Assembly: GCA_964016885.1 (NCBI GenBank)
Contig: OZ024742.1
Location: forward strand, 310,062,001 to 310,126,000
Reading direction: 5' to 3'
DNA: 64,000 nt
From: Eledone cirrhosa
Lineage: Eukaryota
Translations under genes and position numbers: made by a program
Notes under the pieces: model-generated
What the model was told of the DNA's origin: nothing
What the model saw: only the letters and a program-made list of their open reading frames with translations
Databases searched by the model: none
Part shown: in pieces, positions 1-14,390 of the stretch
How positions within the stretch are numbered: the first letter of the stretch is position 1
Layout: each line of letters starts with the position of its first letter

Positions 1-57
1 AGAAAGCTCTCTATATTCGTAGCTTGTAGTTACGATAGAGATACAGTATAATAATGA

Positions 58-110
<53 letters not shown>

Positions 111-665
111 TAAATTAACGAGAATCGTATTTCGGCTTTGGAATTAGCGAAAAACAACTTCCGAGTTGTGTGGCAAGCGCTCAATAATTCTGACGAACAG
201 AGCTACAACATACGTTAAAGGCCAAACACACTGAGACGATGGTTAAACCATCATCCGCACAACCATAGAAACGACCAAGTAATTCGGGTCAAACAAATAA
301 AAAGTATGTGATTGAAAAATTTTCCCGGACCCTGGATGGTTGGTAAATCCAGCATTTGGGTTTCTGCGACTCCTAAATCAAGTACTGTCCGCTTAGACAA
401 ATAGTGTTAGGCTTCTGGTAAGATGATTGAACAAGGAAGTCACTTTCTCAACAGGTTTTAGTTCAAGTGCCAGGCAAAGGAATGACCGTTACCGATACCC
501 ACGTGGGGCTCGACAAGGGAAGCAACCCTTATTTCTGGCGGATGAAATTCAGTATGTGTATATTATTGCAAAAATGCAAAATATCACAAAACGAATTAAG
601 CTCTCAACAGAATGGTTATAAGTTAACAAAAGCTATTCATCAGTTATATATATATATATATATAA

Positions 666-956
666 GGCGCATGGTTTTGTGGTTAGGGAATTCGTATGGT
701 CGCGAGTTCGATTCGCGGCAGCGCGTTGTGTCCTTGAGCATACACGTTATTTCACTCAGCTGGCAAATACGAGTAGTACCTGTAATTGAAAGGGTCAGCC
801 TTGTCACAAACTGTGTTACGCCGAATCCCCCTGAGAACTAGGTTAAGGATATGAATGTTTCTGGAATGCTGAGTCACTTGCACGTTAATTTCCCGAGCAG
901 GCTGTTCCGTTGATCGTATCAACTGGAATATTCACCGTTGTAACCGAAGAAGTGCT
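666..956 (+). mobile_element. tRNA-derived SINE (family A)
   Basis: A-box-like GGCGCATGGTTTTGTGGTTAG, B-box GAGTTCGATTC, then GTGTCCTTGAGCA box; the body recurs in reverse at ~33200-33320 and ~55530-56050. Confidence 0.8.
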
Positions 957-984
957 TTTCCTTCCTTAATATATATATATATTA

Positions 985-1205
<221 letters not shown>

Positions 1206-1227
1206 TCCTTTATATATATATATATAT

Positions 1228-1470
1228 AAGCAGAAGGGATATTCAATTTGTTGGTAATTCAACAAATATAGATGTTTATAACTGATTCAGAGGACTCGAC
1301 AAGTTTTCTGGAGTATAATATACAATGATATTAAATACATGGAAAACTAAGTTTATAAAACCATATTTATTCTATTATATATATTTCAAGGGTAGCAAAA
1401 TTTTGATACGCTATCATCAGATAACATACAAAGTTTGTTTTATAAATTTAGTCTTCCATTTATTTAATAT

Positions 1471-1476
<6 letters not shown>
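1228..1476 (-). mobile_element. Short PLE pLTR remnant (family B), head-to-head arms in (TA)n
   Basis: Closely similar to 13572-14308; long-tail arm on minus strand, short arm 1440-1476 on plus; contains a hammerhead. Confidence 0.8.
1368..1428 (-). ncRNA. Type I hammerhead ribozyme (slightly decayed)
   Basis: Minus strand: TATGTTAT-CTGATGA-[stem II]-GAAA-TATATA-TA-ATAGAATA. Confidence 0.75.
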
Positions 1477-1538
<62 letters not shown>

Positions 1539-1844
1539 TAAAAGATCAGAGGCTATATTCAGTTGGTTCAGGTTTATCTAAAACTCCGCTATACATATCT
1601 CACTGAGGACTCAGTTATGATAACTCTTCAGATAACTCTTAGTGGCGCCAGAATGAGACGAACGTCTGTTTACAAGAAACAGCAGTCAAAACATTCCGAA
1701 AAAACTCAACAAAAGATATGGAGTTCAGCATAAAGCAATATTATCGCGGTTTTAAAAAAAAAAACCGGATTAGTCACAAATAATATATATATATAATATA
1801 CATATATATATTTCTATATATATATATACCTATATATATATATA

Positions 1845-2162
<318 letters not shown>

Positions 2163-2593
2163 TATATAAACCTATACACTATATACGGCATCGCGCCTCC
2201 TATAGAGTTGTGAGAAAAAAAAAGAGTTCAAATCATTATAAATATTAGTGTCACTTATAATACACAAACAGTAATAGTAACAGCAATAGCTAATCTTACT
2301 ATTAATATGAGCACTAATGAAACAACGCCCTCTCCATCACCACCACAAACGAGTTTCCAGTTGCCATCTGAACAGAGTCCCTACAGAAATAACATCATCC
2401 CTTGTGTTGAGCTGTTAAAAGCAACTGAACACCACGCGCTCTTAGTACAACCTACACCTATTGCACATACATACTTAACACTTTTGCTGACCACCGCCAA
2501 TAATTATTGTCTCTTTCTCTCTCTCTCCCTCTTTCCGTGTATATATATATATATATATTCATTCATAAATACATACAAATATAGACACACACA

Positions 2594-2647
<54 letters not shown>

Positions 2648-3879
2648 AACAAGCACGTCCAGACAGCGTTGACCGGATGTTTCCGAAGAGGTTATCAAGT
2701 GCATTCACTGATATTAGCTCACAGCAATTATCATTATTACTATTATTCTTTCTTATCATTATTATTATTATTGTCGTAGTTGTTGTTGTAATTATTATAC
2801 TTGTAGGTTTTGTCTTTATTTAAAAAAAAGTCTGTGTATAAGGTGCTCCACGTCGACCAATTAAAAGCTTTAGATCGGGTCAACCATTGATATCTGGAGG
2901 TTGTCCTCAAGGCCGCCGGTTTCGCTCCCATATTCAGAGGCTAGATCACTTCAATACGCAGTAGCACCGTCTCGATATAATAAATGGTCACCAATCGGAA
3001 CTTTTCAGATCTCGTATTCGTAACAGTAGGCTTCATTCCGAACCCGATATGTCACGAGCACTGATAGACCAAAGATTTCTGGAGGTTGCCCATTGTTTCT
3101 GGGATGAAAATTCCCTTGGAATATACTTTTTAAGTTGCTTTTCGTCGACGCCTATACACGCTACAAGAATTTCTGGATATTTCTCGCCTTTAACCCTTTA
3201 TTGACCGCAGCGGTTGACGTACAACCAGCAGAAGTGACTCACCGGTAGAGAACTCTAAGCCCTTGTCAGTATCCCAGATATCCAGATGACAAGCACACAA
3301 TCTTAGTATTTGCTTATCCCAGGATAGCAGCTTCATAAAAGAACTGAGCTGTGAGGAAAACGTATATTCCTATAATGGCACCCACATCCGCTCCCGTCCA
3401 CATCACTTTACAGATTTCAGAGTATAAATAAAATATCAAATACTGTGATCAATATGATTGTTGTTAATGACAATAGTATCTACATTATCACATCTGTGTA
3501 CAGTTTCATCTTACTAATTATCAGCTATTATCACTATTGTTATTACCAACCATCCATCCTTACAGCCAGCAAACACAACTTTAATTTGCACGCCATCATC
3601 CTTATCTATGTAGTCGCTAGTCCATTACCACACAAATCACAAACACATCTCGTAAGTAAACGAAGGACCTATTAAGAACTTAGTCTTAGTTCTACAGTAG
3701 GTTAAAAAAAGAAGACAAAATGGATGATCATTGATTAAATAAGGGATTCGATATAAAGGTTTTTTCTCTTCACAACAAAAATCTGGCCTTATGACCATAA
3801 TAGAGTTTTATTAGGGTGGTGTTTTGCTCTGGGGTGCTATTTTCCCCGGCTTTTTTCGTTCTGAGTTCAAATCTTGTCA

Positions 3880-4300
3880 TGACCAACAACAGCAGCAGTA
3901 ACAACAGCTGCAGTACTAACTACAGCTGCAGAAATAACAACCGCAGTATTAACAACAGCAACAGTGACAACAACAACAGTAGTAACAACAACAGATGCAG
4001 TAACGACAGTCGCATTAACAACAGCAGCAGTAACAACAGCAGCATTAACAACAACAGCAACATCAACAAAACCAACAGCAGCAGCAACAATAACAGCAGC
4101 AAGAACAGTAACCTCAACAAAATCAACAACAGAAAGAACAACTGCAATAATAACCACACCAACAACCACAAAAGCAACAACAGGTACAACAGCAAGACCG
4201 ACAACGGCAGCAGTAATAACCACTATAAAAAGAACCGCAACTGTAACAGGAACAACAATAGTAACAACAACAGCAATAATAACACGAGCAATAACAATAG
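3880..4300. repeat. Degenerate (AAC/AGC/AAT)n trinucleotide repeat
   Basis: Direct reading; similar tracts at 48010-48350 and 60200-60560. Confidence 0.9.
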
Positions 4301-4579
4301 AAAGCAAACGAGCTGTTAGTGAAAAATATTCTCTTTCAAGTAGCGACCGTGATTTTGTAAGTGTATAGGAAGAAGGTGGAAGGCAGAGTAGAGCACAGCA
4401 AGTAGGAAGTGAACTACAATAGGGTTGGCGGGTGGTTGTGGTTGTAGTGGTGGATGTGCTATTAGGGGTTGATAGTGTGCAATGGTGGTAGTGATGCTGA
4501 TAAGAGATGGGAGTGGGCAAGGAAATGTTAGGGAAGTAAGAAGAGAGAAAGAGAGAGAGAGAGAGAGAGAAGGAGAGAA

Positions 4580-4644
<65 letters not shown>

Positions 4645-4787
4645 AAGGGGGTAGGGTTAAAGGAAAGAGCTCTTAAAGCAGCGAGGAGGATATATAATGT
4701 CAACATCTCTAGTGAGTGGTGTTATGTTTTATGTGGTTCCCACGGTGAAATACCTGCCAAACGACCTCTCTCTCCTACACACACACA

Positions 4788-4953
<166 letters not shown>

Positions 4954-5299
4954 CATTTATATATATATAAGCTTAAGCTTATCCCGGGTTCAATCGGGGG
5001 TAACCACAGTAAGTAAGGTACTCAAGGGCTTCCTGATGATTTCTCCCGAATGAAACACTTCTAGTCCTGTAGAAGCCATTTCTATACTATATATATATAT
5101 ATATATATATGTTCCTGTCTGCAAATATATATATGTAAATGTTTATAATGTTATGTATGAGGATCCGAACAACCTAGTCGGTTCATCCTGTTTGGAGGTT
5201 TATGACAGGCATGGCATTTTACACCTGATAAAGATTGGCTAGCAAGTCCACAGATCGTGCAGAGGTGAGGTTTTCCTGGATAATGTTGTTGGTATGTTT

Positions 5300-6315
5300 G
5301 ATAATGCTTTTCTCATCTCTCTTGCTTCTTGTAATCTATGGATACAACCGAGCTCAAAATTCCTGATTCCATTATGACTCACAGATCTCCAGATCTTCCG
5401 CTCCAAGGCTACTTGCTCAAAGTCACATAAGGAATATTGGTTCCTGACAGATTACTCTTCAGCTTGTTTTTGTAGTTGAGCCATGGCCGTCCAACATTTC
5501 TATATCCACCATCAAACTGGCTGTATATGAAGACTTTTGATATTCTTTTGTAACTTATTCTGATGATATGATCAGCCAAGCGTACTTGTGATTTCATAAG
5601 AAAGGTTTCAATGCCTCCAATCTTGCAGTTAGTGAAGAGGTCAGCATTAAATATTCTGTCTTCGAGTGTGTAGTCACAGATTGCTCGAAGAAAACTTTTA
5701 TGAAAGACGTCTAGTTGATTGATGTGTGCCCTATATGGAGTCCATGATTCTGATCCATATAAGAGTGTAGTTAGTACAGCAGCTTTATAATCCTGTATCT
5801 TGATGTCCAGCTTTATGTCCCTCTCATTCCAAAAGCGATAACGGAACTTGCCAAATACATTCGTGGCCTTCCCTATAAGATTAATTATCTCGTCATCGGG
5901 AGAGGCATTTGATTCCCCCTTACTGCCAAGATATTTGAATGATTTCATATACTCGAGATTCTTCCCATCGTCCTGGGAACTTGTGCGTCTTATCTTTGAA
6001 TTGTTGATGGTTGAAGAGTCCGCTATAGTTCAAAATTGGAGTCTAATACCTGTGACCTTTTCACCACGATTTCAGCATCACCGAGAAGAATAGTGCAAAA
6101 AGAACTGGAGCCACGCCAGAGCCTTGTTTTGTGCCATTTGTCCCATCAAAGGTATCGGACAACTTCCCATCAGATAAAACAACAGCTTTCATCCCCTCAT
6201 GGAAGGAGATGATGATATTAAGTATCTTGTCGGGTATCTCAAGCTTCTTTAGAACTTTCCATGGTGCTTGCTGATTTACAGTGTCAAATGAGTTAATTAG
6301 CTTGACGAACACCAT
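5300..6315 (-). pseudogene. RTE-clade LINE reverse transcriptase relic with internal deletion
   Basis: VFVKLINSFDTVN...GTKQGSGVAPVLF (6061-6315) and FKYLGS...YKAAVLTTLLYGSESW...FHKSFLRAI (5409-5948); the catalytic ADD region between them is missing. Confidence 0.9.
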
Positions 6316-6844
6316 ATATAGCTATTGATTTCATAAATTGGTAGAGTTCTTGACTAAATGCCATTTCAGTATTTATTCTGGTCCTTTACATTCTGAGTTC
6401 AACCTTGTCTTTCATCATTCTGGGGTCAATAAAATAAAGTACTAGGGTTGATTTAATCAGCTTTGCCTTTCCACTAAATTTGCTAGCTATTAACTCGTAA
6501 TAATATAGTTGTTTGTGAGTATACTTCCCATGTCATCTATTTCACACAAGTATAATTTCCATTTGTATTCAATATTCTGAATAGAGAATGGATACTACCA
6601 AACTAACTTACCTTTCTGTTGAATCTGTGTTTATGTTATTTTATTCTCAGAGTTGAAATACCTCGAAGGTAGACATTGCCTGTTACCTTACGAGTGTGTT
6701 TTTATTCTTTTGTCCCCAAATTTCTGATAGTTTCCTATCTTTTTAGGTGTTGTTTAGGTCCGATATAACCAGAAAAACCTACAAATTCATTTTAACACAC
6801 ACATTTAAAGAGTTTTGTTCTTAAATAAAGTCCTTGGCTTAAAC

Positions 6845-7277
6845 CAGAGGTTCTGAAATTTTTTGGGCCACCACACTCCTCACGGTCACATAATACTCTC
6901 ACCGACCCTCCAACCATATTTCCAGAGAGACCTTATTACATGCAAATTGTAAATAATTGTTTCTATTTTTGGCACAAGGCCAGCAATTACCCAGTACATT
7001 ACTGGTACTTTATTTTATCGACCCCGTAAAGATGAAAGGCAAAGTTAACCTCGTAACCAAAGTTACATGCAAATTGTAAATAATATATAATAAATAAAAT
7101 CGTTAATTTATATATAAATAATATAATATATATTATGCATAAATAAATATATATTTTTTATGTCACAATATTTATATATAATATGAATCATTTATACCAT
7201 CTCCATCACCCCAGCGCCCACTGGAATTTCTCAAAGCTCCAATCCAGGGGCGGTAGTATACACTCTGAGAATCTCTG
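6845..7277. mobile_element. hAT (Charlie-like) non-autonomous DNA transposon/MITE
   Basis: Imperfect terminal inverted repeats CAGAGGTTCTGAAA ... TCTGAGAATCTCTG resembling CAGTGGTTCTCAAA; 8-bp TSD not clearly preserved. Confidence 0.5.
6958..7062 (-). mobile_element. 5'-truncated SINE (family B) with 22-bp TSD
   Basis: TTACATGCAAATTGTAAATAAT at 6936-6957 and 7063-7084 flanks the CCTTTCATC..GGGGTCGATAAAATAAAGTACCAG core. Confidence 0.85.
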
Positions 7278-7510
7278 ATTTAATGATTTAGTGTATATGC
7301 AACTTTGTCTATCATACCGTAACATGTTGTAATTCTCCTTGTAATAACGGTAATTGTAATTGCACGCATGAATGAAATTCATGGTATTACCCACGGGTGG
7401 ATGGTAAAATAATAATTATAATAATTATAATACTTAAAATTACCTTTATTATTCCTGATATCAGGAATATGTACGAAGTTGGATTGGATACGGTAATAGA
7501 CGGAGGAAGG

Positions 7511-7561
<51 letters not shown>

Positions 7562-7567
<6 letters not shown>

Positions 7568-8938
7568 TGACGTAAAATAAGAAAATTATAAAAATTAACT
7601 TACTTACTAAAATTTCACTCCAACTAAGTAGTTTCTGAAAGGGAATAAACATGCTTTCCAAATAGAAAGCATGGAGAAGCCGTTTCGTCATCAGGAAGTC
7701 TGTTCTCAGCTAAAATACCTGGCGATGCGTGGACACAGGGAACTTTTACAAAAATAATTCAGTGGATGGAAAAAAGCAAGCGTGGACTAAATTCCAAGAC
7801 ATTGAAAAAATCACTGCCTACTTGGTCGGTGGCAAATTCAAAAGAATCAATCACGTGACATTGAGGTTAATCAGTGAGGACTGGGGTGTTAAAAAGACAG
7901 TAGCCAAGCTATTACTATGAACTATAGTAGCAGTTTTGGCAAATATTTGCTCAACAAAATAATTTGAAGTTAATTATAAAGAATTAGTATATCTACCAAC
8001 ATATATAAACAGATGCATACCTATGCTAGCAAATATATAGGTTTTGTCTTAGTAACTTTGTGGTTCAATGCAAGGGGATGCAGAAAAATTATATGAATGA
8101 CGTAAAATAAGAAAATTATAAAAATTAACTTACTTACTAAAATTTCACTCCAACTAATTAGTTTCTGAAAGGGAATAAATATGGTTTGCAAATGGAAAGC
8201 ATGGAGAAGCCGTTTCGTCATCAGGAAGTCTGTTCTCAGCTAAGATACCTGGCGATGCGTGGACACAGGGAACTTATACAAAAATAATTCAGTGGATGGA
8301 AAAAAGCAAGCGTGGACTAAATTCCAAGACATTGAAAATAATCACTGCCTACTTTGTCGGTGGCAAATTCAAAATAATCAATCACATGACATCGAGGTTA
8401 ATCAGTTAATCGAGGTTAATTATCTCCAAATTATTTTGTTGAGCAAAAATTTGCCAAAACTGCTACTATAGTTCATAGTAATTGCTTGGCTACTGTCTTT
8501 TTAACACCCCAATCCTCACTGATTAACCTCGATGTCACGTGATTGATTCTTTTGAATTTGCCACCGACCAAGTAGGCAGTGGTTTTTTCAATGTCTTGGA
8601 ATTTAGTCCACGCTTCCTTTTTTCCACCCACTGAATTATTTTTGTATAAGTTCCCTGTATCCACGCATCGCCAGGTATCTTAGCTGAGAACAGACTTCCT
8701 GGTGACGAAACGGCTTCTCCATGCTTTCCATTTGGACAGCATGTTTATTCCCTTTCAGAAACTAATTAGTTGGAGTGAAACTTCATTAAGTAAGTTAATT
8801 TTTATAATTTTCTTACTTTACGTCATTCATATAATTGTTCTGCATCCCCTTGCATTGAACCACAAAGTTACTAAGACAAAACCTATATATTTACTAGCAA
8901 AGGTATGCATCTGTATATATATGTTGGTAGATATACTA

Positions 8939-8942
<4 letters not shown>
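7562..8942. mobile_element. Three-arm PLE-type 3'-end remnant (two minus arms plus one plus arm)
   Basis: ~400-bp unit at 7562-7975 (-), 7981-8405 (-) and 8421-8942 (+); its tail carries the conserved bulged hairpin (8837-8860); tail copy again at 13379-13495. Confidence 0.7.
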
Positions 8943-8973
<31 letters not shown>

Positions 8974-9221
8974 CATACTTAGGAAAAGAATCAGGACCTC
9001 GACGGCCGTTTCGACAGCTAGATCCGAACTAAGCCATCGGTCTTAGACCCTTTTCTTATTACCCACTCTACTACCCTAAATATTGAGTACTCTGGTGCCG
9101 TATGGTCCACCTGGTATCTTACGGACACACACATACACACACACTCACACACGCACATACATAATACCTACAGATATATACATACATCTATATATATATA
9201 TACATATATATATATATACGA

Positions 9222-9402
9222 TATTAACAAATGGAAACTATATTTATAAAACCATATTTATTTCATTATACATATTTCAAGGATACCAAGTTAAATTATG
9301 GTATGCCGTCATCAGACAAAATACAATATATACCAGTTTTATAAATAAACATTGACGTACCCTTTCAAAATGCAACCATTACTTTTGGAAGACATCAGGA
9401 TA
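9222..9402 (-). mobile_element. PLE pLTR remnant (family C)
   Basis: Homologous to 43589-44039; between TA-rich tracts; contains a hammerhead. Confidence 0.75.
9259..9323 (-). ncRNA. Type I hammerhead ribozyme
   Basis: Minus: TATTTTGT-CTGATGA-cggcATACCA..TGGTATcctt-GAAA-TATGTA-TA-ATGAAATA. Confidence 0.8.
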
Positions 9403-9456
<54 letters not shown>

Positions 9457-9655
9457 ATGTATATAAATACATATATTTATGTACATATACAGTATATATA
9501 TATATATATAATACAGACATACAGACACAAACACATGCTATATTACTGCCATACAGAAATTACATGATCAAATTCCTTATCTCAACACTTCATTACATAC
9601 TCTGTTATCTCACTATCAAAAGATTAAGTAGTTCATTAGTTCAGCGTTATATATA

Positions 9656-10770
9656 CTAGCTGACGTACCCAGCTTCGCCTGGGTAAATAGATGATAAGAG
9701 AAGACAGGTAAAAGAGAAAATGACTGTATTGGATGTTTTTCTGGTTACAGTATGAGGCGAGTCCGTGGTGTCTGTGTGATACAGAAAACAGTAAAAAAAA
9801 TCTTCCAGATATACCAGATTCTTCGTTGTACCGTTTGTGCATAGTATATGAACAATTCTAGGTGCTCCCACCTAGAATAGTGACCTCAAAGAGATGGTTC
9901 ATCTTCTGCTTGACTGTAAAACGTGTATCATTGCATAGACGTGGTTGTTCCACGTTTCTCAAAAGGATGATGGAAGTTCCAATCTTTTATATTAAATGTA
10001 GATATCGATATAGATAATTAATATAAAAGATGATGCTCAGCCAGTTTGTCTTCAACCATCGCAGCACGCCGTCGCTGCTTGGCTCCAGTGTTTCGTTGGC
10101 GTTGTTCAGCCAGCTCCTCTTCATTCATGGCGGCACGTCTTCGCCTCTGAAGTTCGGCGTTTCGATAGCGCTGTTCGGCCTGTTTTTCTTCATTCCTGGC
10201 TGCACGCCGTTGCCGCTGTAGTTCACTGTTTGATAAAGTCGAATTGCTTTTATTATCAGTATTGATTTCGAGCAATTGTCAAAAAATGACACAGTAATAA
10301 ATATAAAATATGTCCGTCAATGTAAAAAAGGTCCCTATTTACTCCCTTCAGAACTCTGTGCATGTTAGACTGACAGACAGGCACACAGACAGATAAACTG
10401 CATGGCGATTGTGGAACGCCCCACGTACACACACATACACGCATGGAAACGCGCACACGCACGCAAACTTACACACGCACCCGTGCACTTACACACACTT
10501 ACACACACACACACATGTTGATAGTTTTTACTTTCTGTGGAACACTGCACGCACGCACACACACTTAAAAATACACGCACGTACATACACACGCACACAT
10601 GGTAATAGTTACAGCGTTCACTTTGCCTCTCTGTTTCTTACTCTCCCCTCCCACTCCCTCATTGGCGTAGGACAGAACAAAGGAGAGGCACAAAAACAAA
10701 GAAAAGAATCCCCAGTCACTGAAGTGGTCACAGAATGTGTGACGAAAGAACTTTGACAATATATAAACAA
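9656..10770 (-). mobile_element. Internally deleted Helitron
   Basis: 3' end: hairpin TACCCAG/CTGGGTA (9666-9685) then CTAG|T at 9656. PIF1 motif KIGTSIILLRNVEQPRLCNDTRFTVK (~9870-10000), C-terminal TKNLVY, and N-terminal RRAA..EE..AEQR repeats (10018-10275). The 5' end is approximate. Confidence 0.8.
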
Positions 10771-10965
10771 CCATCTGGTTGTGGAACCAACCAACCAACC
10801 GGAAATTTATAAATTCCTAAATTTGTAAATTTATTATAATAAATTGAAGTAAAAGCACCTGGTGCGTGTGTTTCTTATTGGCAACATGACCCTCCCAAAA
10901 TATAACAATATCGGTTTCAACACACGTTTTCAGATAAAGAATCTTGCTAAACAAATTCAGAAACG

Positions 10966-11036
<71 letters not shown>

Positions 11037-11166
11037 TGCATATGTATATATAGATATATACACGTACGGAAACATATATACAGCTATATACAAATGCGCA
11101 CACTTAGATATAGATATAGATATTTGTGTGTGGGTGTGTGCATGCATATAATGCACATGCATACAT

Positions 11167-11269
<103 letters not shown>

Positions 11270-11773
11270 CATACATGCATATATATAAATATATAAAAAT
11301 GAATATATATATATAGAAAGATATAGTGAGATCTATATGTCTTAGGGTAAAACACGTTACTCTACTGGCAGTGACTAGCATAACTGATGTGACATGAGGT
11401 TAGCTGCGATCGCCTCTGGAACCCATTGTTGCAATGAGAGATGGTTGAGCCCGGGAAATTCAGTAATTTTATGGAAATACATAAACAAAAATAAATATAT
11501 ATATATGTTTATATTTATGTGTGTAGCATATGTGCATATGCGCTTGCACACAGATGCACACACACATATATATATATATATAGTTTTATATACATAGTTA
11601 GATGCATATATCAGTATGTATAATATGTATGTATATATACCTTCGTACATATATATATATAGTTCATAATTTTTGTATATAAAGATAGTTTTCTATATAA
11701 ATGCAGTCACACTCTCACGCAGATATATATATACATACACACACACACACATATATATATATATATTTATATA

Positions 11774-12057
<284 letters not shown>

Positions 12058-12158
12058 CATAAATGTACATACACATACACACACACTCATATATATATAT
12101 ATATACACACATATATATATCCAGGTATTTATATTTATATATAAATATAAATAGATAA

Positions 12159-12260
<102 letters not shown>

Positions 12261-13169
12261 ATATATACATATATATTATACATACATACCTGCTTCTAAA
12301 ATACGAATATTTGTGTCTGCACGTGTGCGCTACGTCGTTTGAGTGTGCTTGTAGTTTTGTATATAATATATATACATAAGTAGATATAAATATATTCCGC
12401 AGTTACTTAGTTTTGTATTTGTAGATATAGTTTCTTGTTTCTTTTTATTCTCCCCATCTTCCTCTCTCTGTATCGCTAATCAATAATTGTATTCGATCAA
12501 TAATAATATTCAAAAAGCAAGACAAATTCCACACCTAGAAAACTCGAGAAACTGAAACAAAATAAGAAAATTGTTATACCATATTTTTCATATTAGTCTA
12601 AAGAATACTGAAATCTATACACACACACACAATTCAGAAAGGTTTTAGTTTCATGTGGCCACTACCACAAAAATAAAGTAGTAATCCAGGTAGTGATTTC
12701 TTGGAAGTAAACAGGGAAATATCAAGTATATCTAACCAAGAAAGAGTATATTTATCAGTTTTCCTTTATAAAACAGCTGGCTTCACCCCCATAAACTTTC
12801 GAGGATGGTTCGTAGATTTTTTAAACTCATGTTATCCCTTTACTAGGTCTGCTTATGTTTGAGCAACTTTTATCCCAATGGCCATTTCTGATATTTATCA
12901 GCTGGCTGTTTCGTCGGACACAAAATTATTGCTTTTTTAAGATAAACTGAAGACCACCAATAATGAATTTTCTATCAATACGGTCTAGCAGCGAACACAC
13001 GGAAAATAAATTCCACATGACAACGAGTGAAATATTTTTACCACCAGCACAAACGTGAAAGAGACTTTGAAAAGTTATCGGTTCGTACAAAACAAAAACT
13101 AATAACATAATCATAACTATTTAGGGAAGCCCACCTTAAAAAAATAACAATATTATTAATAATGTTCAT

Positions 13170-13272
13170 TTTATTAAGGCTAAATAGGGAGTCTTATTAC
13201 TCTGGAGTTTCTCCTGTTTATCACAGACAAAACTCGAGAGTAACAAGACGCACTATTTAGCCTTTATAAAAG
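13170..13272. repeat. Fold-back remnant related to 29660-29725
   Basis: Inverted arms AAGGCTAAATAG..CTATTTAGCCTT; minus strand has GAAA-CTC-CA-GAG-TA hammerhead stem III. Confidence 0.5.
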
Positions 13273-13303
13273 GACTACACACACACATATATATGTATAT
13301 ATT

Positions 13304-13358
<55 letters not shown>

Positions 13359-13503
13359 ATATATATATATATATATAAAGAATTAATATATCTAGTAACA
13401 TATATATACACAGATGCATACTTATGCTAGCAAATATATAGGTTTTGTCTTAGTAACTTTGTGGTTCAATGCATGGGGATGCAGAACAATAATATGAGAG
13501 ACG

Positions 13504-13574
<71 letters not shown>

Positions 13575-13710
13575 CAAAAGGGATATTCAATTTGTTGGTA
13601 ATTCAACAAATATAAATGTTTATAACTGATTCAAAGCACTCGACAGATTTTCTGGAGTATAATATTCAATGATATTAAATAAATGGAAACTATATTTATA
13701 AAACCATATT

Positions 13711-13771
13711 TATTCTATTATATATATTTCAAGGGTACCAAAACTGTGGTACGCCCTCATCAGATAAAATA
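13711..13771 (-). ncRNA. Type I hammerhead ribozyme
   Basis: Minus: TATTTTAT-CTGATGA-gggcGTACCA..TGGTACcctt-GAAA-TATATA-TA-ATAGAATA. Confidence 0.85.
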
Positions 13772-13909
13772 CAAAGTTTGTTTTATAAATATTGACATAA
13801 CCAGGAAAGAATAACTTAACGGTTCAAGTTTTTCCTGGATAGCCAGGAAAAACTTGAACCGTTAAGTTATTCTTTCCTGATTATGTCAATATTTATAAAA
13901 CAAACTTTG

Positions 13910-13970
13910 TATTTTATCTGATGAGAGCGTACCAAAGTTTTGGTACCTTTGAAATATATATAATAGAATA
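13910..13970 (+). ncRNA. Type I hammerhead ribozyme
   Basis: TATTTTAT-CTGATGA-gagcGTACCAA..TTGGTACcttt-GAAA-TATATA-TA-ATAGAATA. Confidence 0.85.
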
Positions 13971-13972
13971 AA

Positions 13973-14250
13973 ATACAATATGTTGAAAAGGTATACAGTG
14001 TGCTATCAATAATACAGGGAAAAAAACCACCAGTATATGGAATCTATAACCTATAGTCTGCCTTTCATAGGTTATAGATTCCATACACTGGTGGTTTTTT
14101 CCCCTGTATTATTGATAACGCACTGTATATCTCTCTCTAGTATGTTACCTTTTCAACATATTGTATTTTAAAGAGCTCAGGATCTCTTCTCTTTTGAGCA
14201 CATTATTTACAGGGAATAGCGAGGGCCTCTGCCTCCGTTAATTTATCGTG
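13973..14250. mobile_element. Fold-back insertion with 15-bp TSD (further PLE-type family)
   Basis: TSD ATATAATAGAATAAA at 13958-13972 and 14251-14265; inverted arms ~13973-14064/14077-14169; tail with bulged hairpin at 14175-14199. Confidence 0.75.
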
Positions 14251-14302
14251 ATATAATAGAATAAATATGGTTTTATAAATATAGTTTCCATTTATTTAAT
14301 AT

Positions 14303-14390
<88 letters not shown>

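Larger units (their letters stand above)
13572..14308. mobile_element. Head-to-head PLE pLTR remnant (family B) with nested insertion
   Basis: Inverted arms centred ~13841; long-tail end left, short end right; a hammerhead on each arm. Confidence 0.85.

Noticed and set aside
666-730. tRNA genes at SINE heads
   Set aside because: No full cloverleaf; they continue into SINE bodies
1600-1670. Hammerhead-like CTGAGGA..GAACGTC (similar weak cases at 115-190, 2660-2705, 10900-10940, 29135-29205)
   Set aside because: Core or stems incomplete; possibly decayed relics but not supportable
2820-3300. R4/Dong-like LINE 3' end before an (AAT/AAC)n tract
   Set aside because: Only vague peptide resemblance; needs BLASTX
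3867-4706. Mucin-like Thr-rich or Val-rich ORFs (also 48110-48379, 60198-60746)
   Set aside because: Degenerate trinucleotide repeats open in several frames on both strands; no exon or domain evidence
8660-8740. Hammerhead in the 7562-8942 family
   Set aside because: TCGCCAGG/CCTGGTGA stem and GAAAC are present, but there is no correctly placed CUGANGA or clear UH
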